Source: an uncultured bacterium (GTDB lineage: Bacteria > Edwardsbacteria > AC1 > EtOH8). From it: a DNA stretch of 64,000 nt. The notes under the pieces are model-generated. The model was not told the origin of the DNA, ran no database searches, and worked only from the letters and a program-made list of their open reading frames with translations. The first letter of the stretch is position 1. Each line of letters opens with the position of its first letter. Below, one piece after another: positions 59,434-64,000 of this stretch. Where the stretch lies: assembly GCA_963780225.1 (NCBI GenBank), contig CAWAAX010000016.1, forward strand, positions 66,505-130,504, given 5' to 3'. A program made the translations under genes and the position numbers.

Positions 59434-59497
59434 GAACCCCCCGCCCGAAAAACTGCCTGCCCGTGGCGGCAGTTTTTGGGAAGGGGGGATTGGGGGG
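59434..59497. repeat. GC-rich palindromic repeat, copy R3 (inverted relative to R1 and R2), followed by a TTCCGG-rich AT tract
   Basis: GGAACCCCCCGCCCGAAAAACTGCCTGCCCGTGGCGGCAGTTTTTGGGAAGGGGGGATTGGGGGG. With R2 it bounds about 880 bp of DNA that has no credible ORF. Confidence 0.7.
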
Positions 59498-59763
59498 AGT
59501 GTTCTCAAATATTCCGGAAAAAAATTCCGGTAAAATTTAAAAAATTCCGGTACACTTTTCCAGAAGAATTTTCCCGGAAATTTTTTACAGCCGGGATTTT
59601 TTTATTCCGCAGAAAAATTTTCCATAAAAATTCGTCCGCATTTTCAGAATTTTTTATAAGACCTCCGTACCGGTTGCTCGTCAGTTTTCCGCGATCTCTC
59701 ATCGGAATGACGGTGAGATATTTAAGCGATGAGAGCAATTTTAGTAAGGCAGGTAAACCTCGC

Positions 59764-59835
59764 GTCCCGGTGGGGTAGTGGACATCCTAGAAGATTGCGG
59801 ATCTTTTGACCCGGGTTCAAGTCCCGGCCGGGGCG
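59764..59835 (+). tRNA. Archaeal-type tRNA-Arg(GCG), CCA not encoded
   Basis: Acceptor GTCCCGG/CCGGGGC with G.U at position 2-71. D-loop AGTGGACA with G18/G19. Anticodon stem GAAGA/TCTTT with loop TTGCGGA. T-arm CCGGGTTCAAGTCCCGG. Discriminator G. Confidence 0.6.
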
Positions 59836-59933
59836 TTCTTCCTTTTCAGATCTTTTTTATATACGAAACCGTTGCGGTTATGAAAAAAGTCAGAGCGTGT
59901 CACTGTTAGAAAAAGATAGAGCCCGGCTAAAAA

Positions 59934-60729
59934 TTATAGCGCCTGGGTAATCACCAGTGCAGCGTACGCACACGCGCTCACCGCCATCGCGGATAACATG
60001 GCGTAATCCCGCCCGTGAAGTACCATCTCGCGGAGACGGGTCCGTTTTCCCGTGCGGTAGCCCCGGATATCGATGGTCAGCCCGAGCACATTTGCCCGCG
60101 ACAGGGCATTCGAGACGAGGGGAACGACGATCGGTGCAACGCTGCGGATCTTTCCCATCAGTCCCGTACCCGGGTTGTATCCCCTCGCCAGCTGTGCCTC
60201 GTGGATGCGTTTTCCCTCGATCTGCAGGGTGGGGATGAAACGGAGTGCGATGAGGAACATGAGGGTATAGTCGATCGGGATCTTCATGCGTTCCATCGTG
60301 TGCACGATGTCCCGCGGCTGCGTCGAGATGACGAAGAGCTGGAAGGCGCAGATCAGGATCATGAACCGGAGGGTCAGCACCAGGCCGAACTCGATGGCGC
60401 CGCTCGTCACCGGAAGATTCCCGCCGACAAGCGGTACTGCCGGGCGGGATAAGGTAACCGAGCGTTGTCCCGCTCGGTATCGTGATGATCGTGATCCCGA
60501 TCAGGATCACGCTCATGATCGCGATCAGCCGGAACTGCTGGAGCACCTCGCTGCTCACGCTGGCGCACCAGGAGATGATCAGGATCGCGACGACCAGCAC
60601 GAAGAGGAAGAGCAGGTTTGTCGAGAGGATCGACATCAGGCCGAACAGCAGGATGAACGCAATCTTCGTGAACGGGTGGAGCCGGTGGAAAAAACCGTCC
60701 TTGTGGACATAGGCGAGAATCTCCGCCAT
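59934..60729 (-). CDS. cbiQ: ECF transporter transmembrane (T) component CbiQ/EcfT, frameshifted near 60415
   Basis: N-terminus MAEILAYVHKDGFFHRLHPFTKIAFILLFGL in one frame. The C-terminal two thirds (...QLARGYNPGTGLMGKIRSVAPIVVPLV...) lie in the ORF at 59934-60410. Confidence 0.65.
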
Positions 60730-62193
60730 TTACGCGCCTCCCATGAGGGTATCGGAGATGATCTTCCCCTTCTCCATCGTCAGTACCCGGTCGGCACAGT
60801 GTTCTGCGATCTCCCGGTTATGGGTGATGACGATGATCGTATGCCCTTTCCGCTGGAGCTTTTTGAGGATCTCCATCACGAGGCGGGCCTCGTTCCCGTC
60901 GAGACCCGTGGTGGGCTCGTCCAGGACGATGATCGGCGGCTGCATGGCAATGACGCAGGCGATCGCGAGGCGCTGGCGTTCCCCGCGGGAGAGCCACCGG
61001 GGGTACAGTTCCCCGGTATGCATGAGGCCGACTTCGGCAAGTGCCTGGTCCACCCTCTCTTTTCCGTCGGAGATGCCGAGATTCTTCAGCCCGAATTCGA
61101 TCTCTTCCCGGACCGTGTCCGCAAAAAACATATGATCGGGATTCTGGAATACCAGCCCCACGACCGCGGCGAGCCCGGTGATGGTGCACTGGCGGGTATT
61201 TTTTCCCTGGACAAAAACATCTCCCGACGTCGGGGTGAGGAGTGCATTGAAGTGCTTGACAAGGGTCGTCTTTCCCGACCCGTTCTCCCCGACAATGGCA
61301 GTGAATTCCCCCGGTTGTATCGAGATGTTGATCGTATCGAGGGCAGGTATGTCGCCGTAGGAATAGGAGAGGTCCCGGACCTGGACGATCGGTTGTGCAG
61401 CGCCCGGCCCGGCGGATCCTGCCCCGTCGGCTCCCGGGACACCGTCCCGGATCCCGGAAAAATCGGGAATGACGATGTTCCGTACCCGGTCATCGGCCAG
61501 TACCTCGTCCGGTGATCCCATTGCGCTGATCGTCCCGTTCTCCATCACCACCAGCGTGTCCACGATGTCCCTGAAATGGGAGAACTTATGCTCGATCAGG
61601 AGAATCGTCTTTCCCTGCTCTTTCAGGGTCTTCAGGATAGCAGACAATCCGTCCGGGTCGCATGCTCGTCGAGTTCGGACGTCGGCTCATCGAGGATCAG
61701 GATATCGTTGCCGAGCGCCAGCGTTGCTGCGAGAGCAACCCGCTGCTTCTGTCCCCCGGACAGGTTGTGGGGCGATCGGTTGCTGCAGCTCCGTCAGGTA
61801 GGTCATTGTCATGATCGATGCGAGCCGTTCTTCCGTCGACGGCATGCCGCGAGGCCGCGGTGTTCGAGTGCCGAGAGGATCTCTTCTTCGACAGTCGTGA
61901 AGATCATCTGGGCTTCAGGATCATCAAAAACAATGCCGATCTTCTGTGCCAGTGCGGAAAGGCTCGGCATAGTCGGCAACATCCTTTCCATCAACGGTCA
62001 CCGTGCCTTCTTTTTTGCCTCCATATTCATGGTGAAGAATACCGGCAGCAGCAAGGCAGAGGGTGGTCTTCCCGGCACCGGAAGGGCCGGTGACCATGAC
62101 GCACCTGCCCTTGGCAAGGAAAGAGAGAGATTGTTCAGGGCTTTCTGCACGGTATGGGGATAGGTGTAACTGATATTTTCGAGTTCTGATCAT
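60730..62193 (-). pseudogene. cbiO: ECF transporter ATPase with duplicated ABC domains (CbiO/EcfA-EcfA' fusion). The N-terminal domain is broken by several frameshifts.
   Basis: The C-terminal domain is intact (GENGSGKTT, LSRGERQRLAIA, VLDEPTTGLD). N-terminal domain pieces (VMVTGPSGAGKTTL; QKIGIVFDDPEAQMIFTTVEEEI) lie in three different frames between 61650 and 62193. Confidence 0.65.
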
Positions 62194-62253
62194 TCCTGTC
62201 CTCGTGACAATACCCGGTTGGAAGGTATGTAGAGGATTTGGACGATAACGGCA

Positions 62254-62726
62254 TTAAATACCGCAGTTATGACAACGATCGGGACAAAGACGATGATGAA
62301 AGCCCTCCAGCGTGTGCGTATTTGCAAGGATCTGTGGCACAACGGCGATAAGCGCGATCGCGGCAAAGGTAAACCCGCTCGCGAGCGTTGACGAGGAATG
62401 TCGTGGCAGTCGGTGCGAGTTTCGATCTGTTCCTGATGAGGGCATAGACCCCAAAACAGACCAGTGCCCCGAGCGGTTCACTGATCAGGTTTGCCGGCGG
62501 GAATATGGAACCCGAGATCAGCATCGAGAGGATACCGGCAACAAGCCCGATACCCGATCGCCTCGTAGACTTTCGGGCGGATGAGGATGATCGCAAGACA
62601 GTAGAATGCGATGATCATGTTCGGGGTGAGCGGGGTGTGGAGCATCGCAAGGAAATAGCGAAGGATGGCACCGATGGCAAGCAGGATTCCGACAATAGCA
62701 ATATCTTTTGACTTCATGGTATTCAC
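62254..62726 (-). pseudogene. ECF transporter substrate-specific (S) component-like membrane protein (BioY-like?), at least two frameshifts
   Basis: MKSKDIAIVGILLAIGAILRYFLAMLHTPLTPNMII in the first frame. Further TM segments continue in ORFs 62267-62596 and 62254-62481. Confidence 0.4.
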
Positions 62727-62951
62727 AACCTAAGGTACTGTAACAGGAGACGGCATTCGTGTACCGGATAATGACTATTCTATACCTTAATGTATACATT
62801 TGTCCATTCATGTAATAAAATTAACTTCAAGACAATAAGCGTGGGAGATGATCATGCTGCCTGTCATACTTCAGTACCAGGCACGGCCCGGGGCTCTCCA
62901 ACCACTAACTTCATTGCCAGCCTCATCCCTCACTCACTGAGGCTGGACCGG

Positions 62952-64000
62952 ATGACGTTCTCATCGGCAAGTAACGAGATCTACCAGGAATCGCTTGCCA
63001 TGCATGCGAAGCACAAGGGAAAACTCGGCATCCGGTCCAAGGTCCCCCTGAAAACAAAACACGATCTCTCGATTGCCTACACCCCGGGCGTTGCGGAAGT
63101 CTGCCGGGAGATCGCGAAGGACAAGAATCTGGCCTATGAATATACGCTGAAAGCCAACACCATCGCGATCGTCACGGACGGTTCCGCCGTGCTCGGGCTC
63201 GGCAATATCGGGGGTTATGCGGCGATACCGGTGATGGAGGGAAAGGCGATCCTGTTCAAGGAATTTGCCGGGGTCGATGCCTTCCCGATCTGTTTTGAAA
63301 GTTATGAGACGGATTTTGTCGACCAGGTGAGGAATATCGCACCGGTCTTCGGCGGCATCAATCTCGAGGATATCGCCGCCCCGAAATGTTTTGAGGTGGA
63401 GGATGCCCTGCAGGATATCGGGATTCCGGTCATGCACGATGACCAGCACGGGACTGCCGTCGTGGTCCTTGCCGCGCTCCTGAATGCCTGCAGGGTGACC
63501 GGAAGAAAGTACAGCGATCTCAATATCGTCATCTGCGGGGCGGGTGCGGCCGGGTTATGCCATCACCCGGCTGCTGAAGTGCATCGGGTACAACCCGGAC
63601 GTCTGCACCATGGTCAACGAGATCATTGTCTGCGATACCAAGGGGACGATCTTCCGGGGCCGGGAAGGGCTGTACAAAAACAAGTACAAATTCATCATTG
63701 CCGAAGAGACGAACCAGCCGGCACTTGCCGGCAGCCTTGCCGATGCGATGCAGGGTGCCGATGTCTTCATCGGGGTCTCAGCCCCCGGCGTCGTGACGGA
63801 AGAGATGGTCCGATCCATGAACCGGGATGCGATCGTCTTTGCCATGGCAAACCCGGTGCCGGAGATCTGGCCCGATGCAGCGAAACGTGCCGGCGCGGCA
63901 GTTGTCGGTACCGGGAGAAGCGATTTTCCCAACCAGATCAACAATGTGCTCGCATTCCCCGGCATATTCCGGGGAGCCCTGGATGCACGTGCCACCCGGA
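62952..64000 (+). CDS. NAD(P)-dependent malic enzyme, 3' partial (runs off the window), 1-nt insertion frameshift near 63555
   Basis: Motifs LSIAYTPGVAEVC, IVTDGSAVLGLGNIGG and ICGAGAAG. After GAAG the reading frame shifts; removing one T restores YAITRLLKCIGYNPDVCTMVNEIIVCDTKG. Confidence 0.75.
   Translation, partial: MTFSSASNEIYQESLAMHAKHKGKLGIRSKVPLKTKHDLSIAYTPGVAEVCREIAKDKNLAYEYTLKANTIAIVTDGSAVLGLGNIGGYAAIPVMEGKAILFKEFAGVDAFPICFESYETDFVDQVRNIAPVFGGINLEDIAAPKCFEVEDALQDIGIPVMHDDQHGTAVVVLAALLNACRVTGRKYSDLNIVICGAGAAGLCHHPAAEVHRVQPGRLHHGQRDHCLRYQGDDLPGPGRAVQKQVQIHHCRRDEPAGTCRQPCRCDAGCRCLHRGLSPRRRDGRDGPIHEPGCDRLCHGKPGAGDLARCSETCRRGSCRYREKRFSQPDQQCARIPRHIPGSPGCTCHP

Noticed and set aside
58789-59508. 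239-aa minus-strand ORF (and the 128-aa plus-strand ORF at 58777-59163) in the gap between dam and tRNA-Arg
   Set aside because: Both span the palindromic and tandem repeats. Both are Arg/Pro/Ser-rich, contain internal direct repeats produced by DNA-level tandem units, and have no family resemblance. Treated as non-coding.
62772-62951. Longer N-terminal extension of the malic enzyme starting at ATG 62790
   Set aside because: The extension is AT-rich or random in composition and has no counterpart in malic enzymes. The MTFSSASNEIYQESL start at 62952 matches the usual N-terminus.

Overview
The window looks like two unrelated genome segments joined at about 46.2-46.5 kb.

Segment 1 (1-46.2 kb, about 55% GC) has no frameshifts and is bacterial. 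Its gene content resembles an FCB-group-like anaerobe. It carries many TPR proteins and proteins with type IX secretion (T9SS) C-terminal sorting domains paired with outer-membrane beta-barrel partners. Recognisable genes are an FtcD-type cyclodeaminase (5' partial), an ExeA/MshM-like ATPase flanked by two paralogous TPR proteins, ComEC, pyrG, a TPR-TlpA thioredoxin, a DUF3467 protein, a beta-CASP RNase, a DUF2723 glycosyltransferase-like protein, holA, leuS, a SAM methyltransferase, a pseudopilin, a GH57 glycoside hydrolase, BamA, a giant outer-membrane protein and an M6 metalloprotease. It has three tRNAs: Gly-CCC, Arg-CCG and Arg-CCT. Each sits next to a copy of a GC-rich element of about 80-120 bp. 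Two of those copies are inserted after TTC in the T-loop of partial tRNA duplicates. Three promoters share the form TTGACA-N17-TAAA(A/C)T. A 1.4-kb AT-rich island encodes two small membrane proteins.

Segment 2 (46.5-64 kb, about 62-65% GC) is archaeal and resembles Methanomicrobiales. It contains a DUF1616 membrane protein, a MoxR-DUF58-DUF4350-DUF4129 cluster, an M42 peptidase, an aspartate aminotransferase, a 6-phospho-3-hexuloisomerase, a Dam methylase, an archaeal tRNA-Arg(GCG) with no encoded CCA, an ECF transporter (CbiQ/CbiO/S component) and a malic enzyme that runs off the window. At least ten of its genes carry single-base frameshifts, which points to poor sequence quality or gene decay. 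A 65-bp GC-rich palindrome occurs three times in this segment, always next to TTCCGG-rich AT tracts. Two inverted copies bound a region of about 1 kb with no credible genes. No CRISPR array, integrase or transposase was seen.
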